A stretch of 64,000 bases of DNA from Candidatus Hydrogenedentota bacterium (GTDB lineage: Bacteria > Hydrogenedentota > Hydrogenedentia > Hydrogenedentales > CAITNO01): NCBI GenBank assembly GCA_029776995.1, contig JAKOTZ010000197.1, positions 168 to 64,167 on the forward strand. The letters are read 5' to 3'. The position numbers and the translations under genes are program-made. The notes below the pieces were generated by a model that was not told the DNA's origin, searched no databases, and saw only the letters and a program-made list of their open reading frames with translations. Shown here in pieces: positions 29,986-41,126 of this stretch. Positions within the stretch are counted from its first letter, which is position 1. Every line of letters begins with the position of its first letter.

Positions 29986-31119
29986 TTACCGCGCGCTGCC
30001 GATTACGCCCGGAACCGGCGGTTCCGCGTTAGGCACGCCCTGGCGGTAATCCAGGCCCAGGAACGCGGCAACCGTGGCCGCCATCTGGGCTTCCTTGATG
30101 GTGCCCGTGTTTTCCCGCACCCCAAGTGCCGGCGTGTCCGGGCCCATGAACCCCATCCAGATTTTGGCCGAATTGGGGTGGTCTTTCCCGTGGCCGGTCC
30201 AGGCCGGTCCCAGGCCCCGGCCGTGGTCCGTCGAAATGATCAGCGTGGTCCGCCCCCGGTACTGGCGCATGGACTGGGCGGTTTCCCAGAGTTCGCGGAT
30301 GCACTTATCCGCCAGCTGAATGGACTGCAGGTAAAGGTCGTACCGGTTGCCGTGGGCCCATTCGTCCTGCTCGCCCAGGGACACGAACAGCACCCGCGGT
30401 TTGGCCGTTTTGAAATATTCATACGCCGTTTCGTACGTGAACACGTCAAAGGGTTCTCCGCCCCAGTAGCGGATTGTATTCTCCTTGCACCGGTTCAGCA
30501 CGGCCATGGCCGGGGTAATTTTCCCCTGGGTGAACGGCTCATAGCCCGCGTTGACCAGCAGGCCCGACCGGTCCCGGTTCAGGATAAACGGAAACAGGTC
30601 CCACGCCCCGAAGGCCGCCACCTTGCCCCGGTATTTCTTCTGGCTGTTGATCCATTCCAGGACGTTAACGTTGGGGTTGGGGATTTTTTTGTTGCTGTCT
30701 ACCCGCGGATCCGCCACGCCGCACAGGGTCTCGCTGTAGCCGGGATACGAAAAATTCAGCCCGTTGGTGACCATCACGCCTGCGTTTTTAGACTCGTCGC
30801 CCAGAATCTGGCCTTCTTTCGCCATCACCTTCCAGATAAAGGGCATCAGGGTTTCCCGGCGGGCTTCCGGCGTTTCCCGCCAGTACCGCATCCGGACCAG
30901 CTCCGCCGCGCCGCCTTCTTTCGGCAGCAGTTCCTCGTCCGCGCCCCCGAACATCTCCTGGACCCGGACGCCGTCCATCATGACATAAATGATATTTTCC
31001 GTCCGGAGTTTTTCGGCTGCGGCCTGTGTGCCCGGAACCGTTCCCAGGAACAGAACCAGGCCGATAAGAAACAACATGGAACATCCGGCATAAAATCGCT
31101 GTGCTGACATTACCTCCAC
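29986..31119 (-). CDS. Secreted alkaline-phosphatase-superfamily protein (type I phosphodiesterase/nucleotide pyrophosphatase-like)
   Basis: Signal peptide and an ISTDHGRG metal-site motif. Confidence 0.55.
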   Translation of the reverse strand: MEVMSAQRFYAGCSMLFLIGLVLFLGTVPGTQAAAEKLRTENIIYVMMDGVRVQEMFGGADEELLPKEGGAAELVRMRYWRETPEARRETLMPFIWKVMAKEGQILGDESKNAGVMVTNGLNFSYPGYSETLCGVADPRVDSNKKIPNPNVNVLEWINSQKKYRGKVAAFGAWDLFPFILNRDRSGLLVNAGYEPFTQGKITPAMAVLNRCKENTIRYWGGEPFDVFTYETAYEYFKTAKPRVLFVSLGEQDEWAHGNRYDLYLQSIQLADKCIRELWETAQSMRQYRGRTTLIISTDHGRGLGPAWTGHGKDHPNSAKIWMGFMGPDTPALGVRENTGTIKEAQMAATVAAFLGLDYRQGVPNAEPPVPGVIGSAR

Positions 31120-31339
31120 TCCTTATATGGTTGATGGTGAGAACCTTATTCTATAACCGGGCCTCCGGCCGCGGCAACTGTTTCGGCCGGTTTGGGCCGC
31201 GTTTCCTCGGCCGCGCCGGGCGGGCTCCGGGGGATCGACCCGGGTGGAATATTGGCGGAAAAGCCGGGATTCTGATACCATTGTAGCAGCGGGGCGGCCT
31301 TGAATTTTCTGTGTCAATCCAGTCCGGCGGAATACAAAC

Positions 31340-32620
31340 ATGAGCGCGAAAATCCTGTTTGATACCTTGAACTGGCGCGGGTTCGTGAACCAGTACACCG
31401 ATCCCGCGCTGCCCGAACTGCTGGAACGGGAAAAGCCTTTTACCCTGTACTGCGGCTTTGACCCCACCGCGGACAGCCTGCACATCGGCAGCCTGCTGCC
31501 GATCCTGGGGCTCGCCCATTTCCAGCGGGCCGGCCACCGGCCCATCGCCCTGGTGGGCGGAGGGACGGGGCTGATCGGAGACCCCAGTTTCAAGGCCCAG
31601 GAACGGGCCATGCTCAGCAGGGAGCAGGTCGAGCTGAACGCCCAGGGGATCCGCCGCCAGCTCGAACGCTTCCTCGATTTTGAAGGCGCCCATGCCGCGC
31701 TGCTGCTCAATAATGCCGACTGGCTCTGCGCCCTGCCACTGATTGATTTCCTGCGGGATGTGGGCAAGTGCTTTACGGTCAATGTCATGCTTTCCCGGGA
31801 GAGCGTCCGCCAGCGGATTGAAGATCGCGAGCACGGCATGTCGTTCACCGAATTTTCCTACAGCCTCCTGCAGGCCTACGACTTCTTCCACCTGCACGGG
31901 CATTACGGGTGCCGCCTGCAGATCGGCGGCAGCGACCAGTGGGGCAACATCGTGTCCGGCATCGACCTGATCCGGCGCAAAACAGGCGCGGAAACCTACG
32001 GCCTGACCTTTCCCCTGGTCACCAAGGCGGACGGCTCCAAGTTCGGCAAAACCGAGAGCGGAAACGTCTGGCTCGATCCCGCCAAAACATCCCCTTACCG
32101 TTTCTACCAGTTCTGGATCAACCAGGCGGATGCCGATGTCGGCCGGTACCTGCGCTATTTCACGTTCCTGGAACAGGAGGAAATCGAAGCCCTCGAACAG
32201 GCCCATGCCGAAGCGCCGCACCTGCGCCAGGCCCAGAAAAAACTCGCCGAAGAAGTAACCCGCATGGTCCACGGCCCGGACGCCCTCCAGGGCGCGCTCA
32301 GGGCCACCGCGGCCCTGTTTGGCGGCGACCTGCGCGGCCTCGATGAGCCCACGCTGCTCGAGGTGTTCGAGGAGGCGCCCAGTTCCACGATCCCCCGGGA
32401 GCGGTTCGGAGCGGGCGCCCTGGTGGACGTGTTGGCCGAGGCCGGCGTGTTCAGCAGCAAGGGTGAGGCCCGCAGGCTTATCCGGAATGGCGGGCTTTAC
32501 CTCAACGGGGAAAGAATAGACCGCGAGGATTTCCCCTGGAACGCGGAATGCCTGCTCACCGCTTCGCTGGCCGTGCTCCGGACGGGAAAGAAAAATTATC
32601 ACCTGCTCAAAGTCCAGTGA
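31340..32620 (+). CDS. tyrS: Tyrosine--tRNA ligase
   Basis: HIGSLLP (HIGH) motif, KFGKT (KMSKS) motif, and a C-terminal S4 domain. Confidence 0.9.
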   Translation: MSAKILFDTLNWRGFVNQYTDPALPELLEREKPFTLYCGFDPTADSLHIGSLLPILGLAHFQRAGHRPIALVGGGTGLIGDPSFKAQERAMLSREQVELNAQGIRRQLERFLDFEGAHAALLLNNADWLCALPLIDFLRDVGKCFTVNVMLSRESVRQRIEDREHGMSFTEFSYSLLQAYDFFHLHGHYGCRLQIGGSDQWGNIVSGIDLIRRKTGAETYGLTFPLVTKADGSKFGKTESGNVWLDPAKTSPYRFYQFWINQADADVGRYLRYFTFLEQEEIEALEQAHAEAPHLRQAQKKLAEEVTRMVHGPDALQGALRATAALFGGDLRGLDEPTLLEVFEEAPSSTIPRERFGAGALVDVLAEAGVFSSKGEARRLIRNGGLYLNGERIDREDFPWNAECLLTASLAVLRTGKKNYHLLKVQ

Positions 32621-32654
32621 TCCCCCGGGAAACGCGGAGAAACCATCCGGGGGC
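32621..32654 (+). terminator. GC hairpin (cccccgg ... ccggggg) immediately after the tyrS stop codon
   Basis: A 7-bp stem with a 17-nt loop. No U-tract. Confidence 0.25.
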
Positions 32655-32713
32655 CGGCGGAATTAATCCGGTAACCGGATGCGGGAGGGTGATCTGCGGA
32701 AAGTGGTCGCGCC

Positions 32714-33766
32714 ATGAGTATATATTCTGACACCGACATTGTGGACCTGCGGAGCGATACGGTTACCCGGCCTTCTCCGGGCATGCGCTGTGCCATGGCC
32801 GATGCCGAAGTGGGGGATGACGTCTTCGGCGAGGACCCCACGGTGAACCGGCTGCAGGCGGTTGCGGCCGAAATGCTGGGCAAGGAAGCCGCCCTGTTCG
32901 TGCCCACGGGCACCATGGCCAACCTGCTCGGCTTCCTGTCCCAGACCCGGCCGGGAGATGCCGTGCTCCTCAGCGAGGACGCCCACCCGTTCCGTTACGA
33001 ACGCGCGAACCTGGCCATGGTGGGCGGGCTCCTGCCGATCACCCTTCCGGGGCAGTGGGGGAAAATCACTCCGGAAACGCTGCGCGGCCGTATCGTGGTC
33101 AGCGATGACCCCCATCTGGCCAACACTACCCTGGCTTCCCTGGAGAATACCGTGAACCGCGGCGGCGGCGCCTGCTACACCGTTGAGGAAACCGAGGCGT
33201 TTTGCGCGGTGGCCCATGAGCACGGCTTGCGCGTGCACTGCGACGGCGCGCGCATATTCAATGCGGCGGTCGCGCTCGGCGTGGAAGCGGCCCGGCTGGC
33301 CCGCCCGTGCGATACGGTGTCCTTCTGCCTGTCCAAGGGGTTGGGGGCGCCGGCCGGTTCCCTGCTGGCCGGTCCCCGGGAAACCGTCGCCCGGGCCCTG
33401 GCTTTCCGCAAGATGCTGGGCGGGGGGATGCGGCAGGCGGGCGTGCTGGCCGCGGCCGGCCTGTACGCGCTGGAGCATCACCTTCGGGACCTCGGCGAAG
33501 ACCACCGGCGCGCCCGGGAATTCCGAGAAGCCCTGGAGCGGGAGGGCGCGGTTTTCCCCATGCCTTCGCCGACCAATATGGTGTATCTCCAGGTGCGGGA
33601 CGCGCGGGCCGTGGTGGATCGGCTGCGGCAGCGCGGCGTGTTGGTCCTGGCCGTCGCGGCGGACAGGATCCGGGTGGTTTTCCACCGGGACATTGATGAT
33701 GCCGGCCTCCGCCGGGCGGTCGAAGCCTTCCGCGCGGTGCTGGCGGAGTCCCAAACCCCATGTTAA
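32714..33766 (+). CDS. ltaE: Low-specificity L-threonine aldolase
   Basis: The N-terminus (DLRSDTVTRPS ... DDVFGEDPTVNRLQ) and a PLP-fold core. Confidence 0.85.
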   Translation: MSIYSDTDIVDLRSDTVTRPSPGMRCAMADAEVGDDVFGEDPTVNRLQAVAAEMLGKEAALFVPTGTMANLLGFLSQTRPGDAVLLSEDAHPFRYERANLAMVGGLLPITLPGQWGKITPETLRGRIVVSDDPHLANTTLASLENTVNRGGGACYTVEETEAFCAVAHEHGLRVHCDGARIFNAAVALGVEAARLARPCDTVSFCLSKGLGAPAGSLLAGPRETVARALAFRKMLGGGMRQAGVLAAAGLYALEHHLRDLGEDHRRAREFREALEREGAVFPMPSPTNMVYLQVRDARAVVDRLRQRGVLVLAVAADRIRVVFHRDIDDAGLRRAVEAFRAVLAESQTPC

Positions 33767-33772
33767 GGACTG

Positions 33773-34561
33773 TTGTGTATGCAGAACCGAAATGTTGCCA
33801 ATGAGCCCAAAAATTACCTTATAGATATGGACGGCGTCCTGGTCCGGGGACGGACCGCGATTCCCGGCGCCCAGGAATTTGTGGACCGCCTCCGAAAACG
33901 GAACGCCAAATTCCTGATCGTTACAAATAATCCCATGTTCACTCCGGGAGATCTGGCCCATCGCCTGAAAGCGGTGGGGCTGGATATCCCCGCTGACCGC
34001 ATTTTCACCTCTGCCATGGCTACCGCCCAGTTTTTGCGTTCCCAGGCGCCGGGCGGCACAGCCTATGTGATCGGCGACAGCGGCCTGACCAGCGCCCTGC
34101 ACGAGGCCGGGTACATCATCACCGACCACGAACCGGATTACGTGGTCCTCGGGGAGACCATGTCGCTTAACCTGGAGATGGTTACCCGGGCCATTCAGCT
34201 GGTGGCGGCGGGCGCCCGGTTCATTGCCACCAATCCCGACCCTTCAGGGCCTACCGAAAGCGGCATCGCCCCCGCCTGCGGCGCGGTCGCGGCCATGATC
34301 GAAAAGGCCACGGGCCGCGCGCCGCTCTTCATCGGAAAGCCCGCGCCCCTGATGATGCGGGCCGCCATGAACTACCTGAACGTCCATTCCCAGAACACCG
34401 TCATGGTCGGCGACCGCATGGATACCGATATTATCGCGGGCATTCAGGCCGGCATGGAGACCATTCTGGTGCTCACCGGCGTCACCGCGAAAAACCAGAT
34501 CGGCAGGTATCCCTATCGGCCCACCCGGGTGGTGGAATCCGTGGCTGAAATTGAAGTATGA
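33773..34561 (+). CDS. HAD-IIA family hydrolase (NagD-like sugar phosphatase)
   Basis: DMDGVL motif I, VTNN motif II, and a C-terminal GDRMDTD motif. Confidence 0.8.
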   Translation: MCMQNRNVANEPKNYLIDMDGVLVRGRTAIPGAQEFVDRLRKRNAKFLIVTNNPMFTPGDLAHRLKAVGLDIPADRIFTSAMATAQFLRSQAPGGTAYVIGDSGLTSALHEAGYIITDHEPDYVVLGETMSLNLEMVTRAIQLVAAGARFIATNPDPSGPTESGIAPACGAVAAMIEKATGRAPLFIGKPAPLMMRAAMNYLNVHSQNTVMVGDRMDTDIIAGIQAGMETILVLTGVTAKNQIGRYPYRPTRVVESVAEIEV

Positions 34562-35922
34562 CCGACGGGGACGCACAACAGCGCCGCGGCCTGTCCGGAC
34601 GTTTGCCGCTGGTGGGCGACCTGCGCCGGCTGGAGTACGCCCCGCGGCTGTTCCTGGTGTTCGTGGCCATTAATGTTGTCTCGTGGCAGAACATCATCGG
34701 GCCCGTTATGGTCCTGCTCGCGCGGCATATCCGCATGCCGGAGTTCTTTGTCGGCATGCTGCTATCCTTTCTGCCGTTTACCTCGCTGCTGATCCTGGTG
34801 ACAGTCCATCTGATCCGCCGCATGGGGCCCAAACGGGTCATGCTGATGGCCTGGTTCTGGCGGAACGTGATCTGTTGCGGCATTTTCCTGCTCCCCCTTG
34901 CGATGCGGTACGAGGGCCCTCCTGTTGCCTGGGCGCTCATGCTGGCCGCCATTTTCGGTTTTTCCCTGATGCGCGCCCTGGGCGCCGGCGGGTGGCTGCC
35001 CTGGCTTCATGAAATTGTTCCCTCCGACAGCCGGGCCACCTATTTCAGCGCCGAAACCGCCCTTACCCAGCTGATCAACGTGGGCATCATGCTGGCCCAG
35101 GCAGCTCTGCTGTACCGGTTTGGGCCCGGCATCCTGCAGTTCCTCTTCATTTACGCCGTGGGCATCAGCATGGGATTCTTCAGCCTTCTTATGCTGCGGC
35201 GCATTCCCGGCGGGGCGGCCTATCCTGCCGTTTCGGACCAGCCGCACAGCCATTCCTACGCGGCGGCTTTCCGGGACCGGCTCTTCCGCGGGTACATGCT
35301 GGCGGCCGCCCTGGGGATTTCCGCCACGGTCTGGTTCAGTTCCACCGCCGTAATGTTCCTGCGGGACGCGGTGGGCGCCCATGACAGTATCACCATGGCG
35401 GTCAGCGCGGCCAGCGCGGCCGCGATCCTGCTGACCATCGGCCGCTGGGGAAAGGTGGCGGACAGGGTGGGCAGCGGACGCGCCATGGCCCGCACGCTGG
35501 CGGCCCACAGCATGCTGGCCGTGGTCATTCCCCTGGAAATGGGGTTCGGCATGAGCGGACTGGCCTCCGCGGCTGTGGTGGTTGTGGCGGCTTCTGTTTT
35601 CAATGCCGCTTTCAATGTCGCGGCCAACCGGGGCATGCTGAACCGGGTGCCTGATGAAAACCGGGTTGGCTATACCGCGGCCTGGACAGTCGCGACTTCT
35701 CTGGCTTTGGGCGTTACGCCCCTGTTAAGCGGCGGTTTGATCAATCTGCTCGGCCGGCCCGGTTATGCCGTATGTTTTGTCCTGTCCGCCCTTTTTGGCG
35801 TGGCCGCGGTGATGCTCTGCAGGCCGTTTATTACGCCGGACCGGCGGGAAACCCCGCGGGACGCGGATGATGCGCTGGAAGTGCCTCCCCTGCCCCAGCC
35901 TACGGCAGAGGGAAGCGCCTAA
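34558..35922 (+). CDS. MFS transporter
   Basis: Twelve hydrophobic helices with the duplicated MFS profile. Confidence 0.7.
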   Translation: MTDGDAQQRRGLSGRLPLVGDLRRLEYAPRLFLVFVAINVVSWQNIIGPVMVLLARHIRMPEFFVGMLLSFLPFTSLLILVTVHLIRRMGPKRVMLMAWFWRNVICCGIFLLPLAMRYEGPPVAWALMLAAIFGFSLMRALGAGGWLPWLHEIVPSDSRATYFSAETALTQLINVGIMLAQAALLYRFGPGILQFLFIYAVGISMGFFSLLMLRRIPGGAAYPAVSDQPHSHSYAAAFRDRLFRGYMLAAALGISATVWFSSTAVMFLRDAVGAHDSITMAVSAASAAAILLTIGRWGKVADRVGSGRAMARTLAAHSMLAVVIPLEMGFGMSGLASAAVVVVAASVFNAAFNVAANRGMLNRVPDENRVGYTAAWTVATSLALGVTPLLSGGLINLLGRPGYAVCFVLSALFGVAAVMLCRPFITPDRRETPRDADDALEVPPLPQPTAEGSA

Positions 35923-37706
35923 GACTGTTGTTCTTCCGGTTCCGGGGACTGTACGGTACGCTGCAGGTCTTCCAGAACCCGGGTGACCGTGGCGGCGGCC
36001 GGGGCTTCCGTCCAGCGGTAGCGGGTGATCCGGCAGGGAGGCTGGCGCACGATACTCTCCCGGCCCCGCAGCCGGTTCCATCCCAGCCGCGCCCACTCCG
36101 CCAGGCCGGTAAACACCAGCGCGATCCCTTTCAGATGGTCGCCCAGCGACGCCCGGCCCAGCGCTTTACGGTATAGCCGCATGGTTTCCGCCGCTTTGCG
36201 ACGTGCGGCCCGGTTGGGCGCGAACACCCACGCGGGAAGCAGCGCCGGACGCAGTCGGGCCGCCATCCGCGCGGACATCAGCAGCCGCATCCGCATGAAC
36301 CGGTCCGGCGCCGGGGATTGCCCGGGCTCCGCCGGTACATACTGAAGCTGTTCCGCGTTCCAGCACAGGTTTGCCCGGCGGCGGGATTCATAATCCTGCC
36401 GGTTGCGGATCAGGCCCCGGACCAGGGTATGGGCCATGTTGACGATTCCGGGGCCGCCGCGCAGGTATTTCCGGCGGAACGCCTCCCGCAGGATGCGGAC
36501 GTGGTCCCGGGGATCGGGAAACGCCGGATGGTCAAAAATCAGTTCGCCCTGGCCGTGCTGATGGCGGTAGTGCACCGGTTTTAGCCGTCCTTCTTCCGCT
36601 TTGGCGCGGTACAGCGCCGTTCCGGGGTAGGGCGTGTAGTTCATAAACTGGGTCAGGCTTGATTCCAGCGAAATAACCCAGTCGATATCTTCCCAGATGT
36701 TCTCGGGGGTGTGGTGGTCCTGGAACAGGATCATGGAAGCCTGCACGATGATTCCGTGTTCCTGCAGGTCCCGAATCAGAGCTTTCAGGTCGATGCCGCG
36801 CGTTTTGGGATGCGTCGCGAAACGGGACTCCACCCCGATCCACACCATGCGCACCCCGAGGCGAACCAGAAAGTCCACGCCCAGCGCCTGTATGGTCTCC
36901 GCCGATGAAAACAGGTCAAACACATACGGTTTCCCGTGTGTTTCCATTTCCGCCAGCAGTTCCCGGGCCCGTTGCGGCTGCTTCAGGAAATTTTCATCCA
37001 TCACGCTGAAGCCGGTCAGCCGTTTTTCCCGGTCGGCATGGAGGCAGGCCTCAAAAACATCCCGTCCAGTCCGAAGCAGCGGCACGTAACATTTGTTGAA
37101 TTTGTGCGATGTGACGCAAAACGCGCATCCGTTTTCGCAGCCCAGCCCCGGCATCAGGATCCCTCCGCTGGGCTTCAGTTTCTTGCCGTACAGGTACTCC
37201 GACGCGGGTCCCACCAGGGCGGGATGCCGCAGCGGCGCGCATTCGTCCTCGCCGAAGTAGCGTCGCAGCCAGGAAACCCCTTCCCCGGTGCAGGCAGCAT
37301 CATGGGGCACGATTTCTGCCAAATCGGGAATGATGGTCCCGTAGCCGCCCAGCAGAATCCGGATTTCCGGATGTTTTTCACGCAGATACAGCGCCATTCG
37401 CCGCGCTTTCAGCACGTTGGGGACGATGAAACTGATGCCGACGTGCGTGTATCCGCCGGTTTCCACCTCCCGAGTGAAATCCTCCCACCGCGGAAAATCC
37501 AGCACCGTCGTCGGAACCGAAACATTCTCAGCCATCAGGTACAGGGCAAAGCTCCAGTAGGACTGCCGGGGCGAGTGGATGCCCTGGCACCGGGTGATCT
37601 GGTTGTTCAGCAGTTCCATCTGGCAGCCCAGGTCTTCTCCCCATTCATCTTTGACCCCGTAGGGCCCGAATACCGAGGTAAGCAGCAGCCGTGTGTTCTG
37701 TCCCAT
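35919..37706 (-). CDS. B12-binding domain radical SAM protein
   Basis: CENGCAFC (CxxxCxxC) motif and an N-terminal B12-binding-like region. The start is set at MGQNTRLLL, because the longer ORF would overlap the TetR gene. Confidence 0.7.
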   Translation of the reverse strand: MGQNTRLLLTSVFGPYGVKDEWGEDLGCQMELLNNQITRCQGIHSPRQSYWSFALYLMAENVSVPTTVLDFPRWEDFTREVETGGYTHVGISFIVPNVLKARRMALYLREKHPEIRILLGGYGTIIPDLAEIVPHDAACTGEGVSWLRRYFGEDECAPLRHPALVGPASEYLYGKKLKPSGGILMPGLGCENGCAFCVTSHKFNKCYVPLLRTGRDVFEACLHADREKRLTGFSVMDENFLKQPQRARELLAEMETHGKPYVFDLFSSAETIQALGVDFLVRLGVRMVWIGVESRFATHPKTRGIDLKALIRDLQEHGIIVQASMILFQDHHTPENIWEDIDWVISLESSLTQFMNYTPYPGTALYRAKAEEGRLKPVHYRHQHGQGELIFDHPAFPDPRDHVRILREAFRRKYLRGGPGIVNMAHTLVRGLIRNRQDYESRRRANLCWNAEQLQYVPAEPGQSPAPDRFMRMRLLMSARMAARLRPALLPAWVFAPNRAARRKAAETMRLYRKALGRASLGDHLKGIALVFTGLAEWARLGWNRLRGRESIVRQPPCRITRYRWTEAPAAATVTRVLEDLQRTVQSPEPEEQQS

Positions 37707-37735
37707 GGGATTGCCTTTCGGAGCGCGGTCCTGGT

Positions 37736-38803
37736 TCAGGCGCCGCCGCCCGGTATGAAATGTTTGCGCCCGGGGCCTTCCTGAACGATTCCATTGAACA
37801 GGGTTTCCAGGATGATGGGCAGTTCGTCCCGCAGGGAGTAGGACATGCCTGACCGGTACCATTTCCGGGCGACACCGTCCATGAAACCCAGAATCCCGAA
37901 GGCCAGTGTGTGAAAATTCATCGTTTTAAGGGCGCCGGACCGGTTCAGCGCCGCCAGCCGTTCCTTCGCCATCGGAAAAGCTTCAATCAGTTCTTCATAA
38001 AAAACGGCACCCCCTTCGCCGCCCAGATAGGCGCCTTCCGTCTGCAGAATCCGGTAGAGCGTGGGGTTCCGTTCAATAAACTGCAGCCAGGCGGTGATAA
38101 ACGTCTCCACCATTTCCGGCAGGTTCCCATCTCCGCCGAAGGATGTCCGGAACTGTTCCGCCAGTTCCCGCGCGGCTTCGCGGAACAGTTCCCGCAGCAG
38201 CTCCTCTTTACTGGAAAAATACCGGTATACGGTGCCTTTGGCCACTCCGGCACGTTCCGCCACCTGGTCCATGGTGGCGTTGTGGAATCCCTGCTCGCTG
38301 AAAATTTCCAGCGCCGCCGCGAAAATTCGGTTTCGTTTCTCATCCGGTTCCCGCCGCCGTGTTCCCCCTGTGCCGGTACTGGTGGATCCGGCCGCCAACA
38401 CCCGGCGCAGCAGGGAAGAGGGCAGATTCAGCTGATCCAGTTTCAGGCGCTCGGCCACATCCACTGCCGTGTGCAGCAGGCGTACCGTCTGCGCGCCAAG
38501 GTTCCTTTCGTCCAGGTAGTCCACGATTTCGGCCAGGTGCTCAGAAAGCCATGCAGCGGTGCGCTGCGCGCCTTCCCGTTCCAGCTGTCCCCGAAGCTGG
38601 GCTTCAAACTGTTTGCGGAAACGGTCCTCGATGAACAGGCCGTCCGGGGTGAAGTACTGTCCAAGCTCTTCATACAGGGCCATGCGGCCGCCCCCCGAGC
38701 GGATCCATCGGACAGGCTGCTGTTTTTTAGGCGTTTTTTTCATGGCGCTTTCCTTACTGACTGACCGGTTAGTCATTATACCACCCCGGCTGTCATTTTG
38801 CAA
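37736..38803 (-). CDS. TetR/AcrR family transcriptional regulator with an N-terminal extension
   Basis: HTH region (IFAAALEIFSEQGFHNATMDQVAERAGVAKGTVYRYF). Confidence 0.65.
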   Translation of the reverse strand: MQNDSRGGIMTNRSVSKESAMKKTPKKQQPVRWIRSGGGRMALYEELGQYFTPDGLFIEDRFRKQFEAQLRGQLEREGAQRTAAWLSEHLAEIVDYLDERNLGAQTVRLLHTAVDVAERLKLDQLNLPSSLLRRVLAAGSTSTGTGGTRRREPDEKRNRIFAAALEIFSEQGFHNATMDQVAERAGVAKGTVYRYFSSKEELLRELFREAARELAEQFRTSFGGDGNLPEMVETFITAWLQFIERNPTLYRILQTEGAYLGGEGGAVFYEELIEAFPMAKERLAALNRSGALKTMNFHTLAFGILGFMDGVARKWYRSGMSYSLRDELPIILETLFNGIVQEGPGRKHFIPGGGA

Positions 38804-38953
38804 TCCGGATTTTTGGAAGTACGCTTACATCCATAAAAACACAATAAGTTGTGGTTGGTGTGAATTTTTTCTTGACCTCACCTTATATATTGTATAAACT
38901 GATAGGCGGTCCAGGGGACGGTTGGACGAGAGCCCCGGAACAAAGGAGAAATC

Positions 38954-41104
38954 ATGCCGACAGATCAACCATCCAGTCCGGCGCGGAATATGTCCCGATA
39001 CAGGCACCGGGAAGTTCCGTTCTGGATCCGGGTACGGGGGACCTCAGTCAGCCTGATCCTGATCGCCGGCGTCATGGGGCTGTTATACGGGTGCGCCTCC
39101 ACCGGCCGGAGGGTCGAGCGATTTAAACCCGCTCCCCGGGACGGGATTGCCCACGAACGGGAGTTACCTCCGCATCCGCAGGTCGGAAAGCCCCGCAGAG
39201 CCTATTCCCCGCTGGTGGTGCCTGATCCGTATCCTCCGGAAGTGGTGGCTGAAATTAATGAATTGAAGGGCAAATATCCCGAGGTGTTCCAGCGGGGACT
39301 GAACAGGGCCGTTTATTATGAAACGGAGATCCGGCGGATGCTCCGGGAAGAGGGCATGCCCGAGGATCTGGTTTGGCTCGCCATGGTCGAGAGCATGTTC
39401 CAGCTTACGGCCCAGTCGCCGGCCGGCGCGCGCGGCATGTGGCAGTTTATTCCGGGCACTGCCAGAAACTACGGCCTGCGGGTGGACCGTTACGTGGATG
39501 AGCGGAACGACTGGCGAAAATCTACCCGGGCGGCCATCGCGTACCTGAGGGACCTTCATGATGGATTTGATGGCGACTGGGCGCTTGCGGTCAGCGCCTA
39601 CAACATGGGTGAGAACGGGTTGAAACGGCTGATCGGGCGAGCCGGCGGGCAGCGGGATTTCTGGAAACTCATTTACACGCCGCCGGTGTGCGACCAGATG
39701 CGGATGGAAACCAAAAAATATTACCCCCGGCTGCTCGCGTACATTATCGTGAACCGGAATCCCGGTGAACATGGGTTCACGAAAGGGGCGCCGGCTCCGC
39801 TGCCGCCAACGGAGGAAGTGCCGGTGCCGGGAGGATACGCCCTGCGGGATCTGGCGGTTGCCATGAACCTGTCTCCCGATGCGCTGGAGGCGCACAATCC
39901 CGAGCTCATCCGAAAGGTAACCCCTCCGGGAGAATCCTGGAACCTGCGGGTGCCGCGGGGGATGCGCGAGACGCTGCTGGTCGCGCTCCGGCAGGTCCGG
40001 CCGGGAAAAGATGTCAGCGCGTATGATGTGGCCGATGCCTCTTCGAGCGGGTACTACACGGTACGAAAAGGGGATACCCTCCACAAAATCGCCACCAGGT
40101 TTAACACCTCGGCGGACGCGGTGGCCAAAGCCAATAAAATCTCCAAAAATACGATACTCCGGGTGGGACAGCGCCTGCGGATCCCGGGACAGGTCGGCGG
40201 CGGTACTTCACGCGTGACGGAAATGGTTGAGGCCGTCCGTACCGCGCAGGCGGCCCGGGAAGCCGCGGCTGAAATACAGGCCGCGCCGGCGCCGTCTCGG
40301 CCGGTTACCCATACGGTTGCCAAAGGGGAAACCCTGTCTGGCATTGCCAGGCGCTACGGAACCAGCGTGAACCGACTGATCGCCTGGAACGGTCTGAACG
40401 CCAAAAGCACGATTTATCCCGGCCAGAAGCTGAAGGTCGGGGAAGAACAGCAAAAAACCGACCGCGCCGCGGCTGGGACCGATTCCGGGACTGGATCACA
40501 GATCCATGTGGTCCAGGCCGGTGAAACGGCTTCCGCCATCGCGAAACAATACGGCGTTTCCCTGGACCGCCTGCTGGAGGCAAACCGACTGAAGCGCGAC
40601 TCGGTGCTGCGCGTGGGGGACCGGCTGGCCATACCGGGTTTCGCGAAGGCGCAGGTGGCCCGGAACGTGAATCCTGAGGCGGAGCCCCAGCCCCGGCCAT
40701 CAGCCCGAAATCAGCAGGCGGCCGCGGCGGATTCAGGAAAAAGCGCGGCGCTGTACAGCGTTAAACGGGGCGACACCCTCTCCTCGATCGCTGCCGCCCA
40801 TGGCACTACCGTGGCCGCCCTGTGCGCGCTGAACGGGATTGATGCCCGGGGGACGATTCGGGAGGGGCAGAAACTCAAGGTACCCGCCTCGGGGAGCCCC
40901 TCTGAAAAATCCGCTGCTGGCGGCAGCGCGGCCGCTTCCACCTCCGGTAAAAAGATTCAGCACAAGGTGGAACCGGGACAGAACCCTACCCTGATCGCCA
41001 GAAAATACAATGTGACCCTTAAAGAGCTCTTCGCGTGGAATGGATGGGACAGCCCTCCCGTGCTGAAAGTGGGGGATGCCGTTACCGTTTATGTCTGCGA
41101 GTGA
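38954..41104 (+). CDS. mltD: Membrane-bound lytic murein transglycosylase D-like (SLT domain plus five LysM domains)
   Basis: Lipoprotein signal LLYGCAS, an SLT catalytic motif (MVESMFQ ... GARGMWQFIP), and five LysM repeats (YTVRKGDTL..., HTVAKGETL..., HVVQAGETA..., YSVKRGDTL..., HKVEPGQNP...). Confidence 0.85.
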   Translation: MPTDQPSSPARNMSRYRHREVPFWIRVRGTSVSLILIAGVMGLLYGCASTGRRVERFKPAPRDGIAHERELPPHPQVGKPRRAYSPLVVPDPYPPEVVAEINELKGKYPEVFQRGLNRAVYYETEIRRMLREEGMPEDLVWLAMVESMFQLTAQSPAGARGMWQFIPGTARNYGLRVDRYVDERNDWRKSTRAAIAYLRDLHDGFDGDWALAVSAYNMGENGLKRLIGRAGGQRDFWKLIYTPPVCDQMRMETKKYYPRLLAYIIVNRNPGEHGFTKGAPAPLPPTEEVPVPGGYALRDLAVAMNLSPDALEAHNPELIRKVTPPGESWNLRVPRGMRETLLVALRQVRPGKDVSAYDVADASSSGYYTVRKGDTLHKIATRFNTSADAVAKANKISKNTILRVGQRLRIPGQVGGGTSRVTEMVEAVRTAQAAREAAAEIQAAPAPSRPVTHTVAKGETLSGIARRYGTSVNRLIAWNGLNAKSTIYPGQKLKVGEEQQKTDRAAAGTDSGTGSQIHVVQAGETASAIAKQYGVSLDRLLEANRLKRDSVLRVGDRLAIPGFAKAQVARNVNPEAEPQPRPSARNQQAAAADSGKSAALYSVKRGDTLSSIAAAHGTTVAALCALNGIDARGTIREGQKLKVPASGSPSEKSAAGGSAAASTSGKKIQHKVEPGQNPTLIARKYNVTLKELFAWNGWDSPPVLKVGDAVTVYVCE

Positions 41105-41126
41105 CCTGAATCCGGCGCGCCTATGT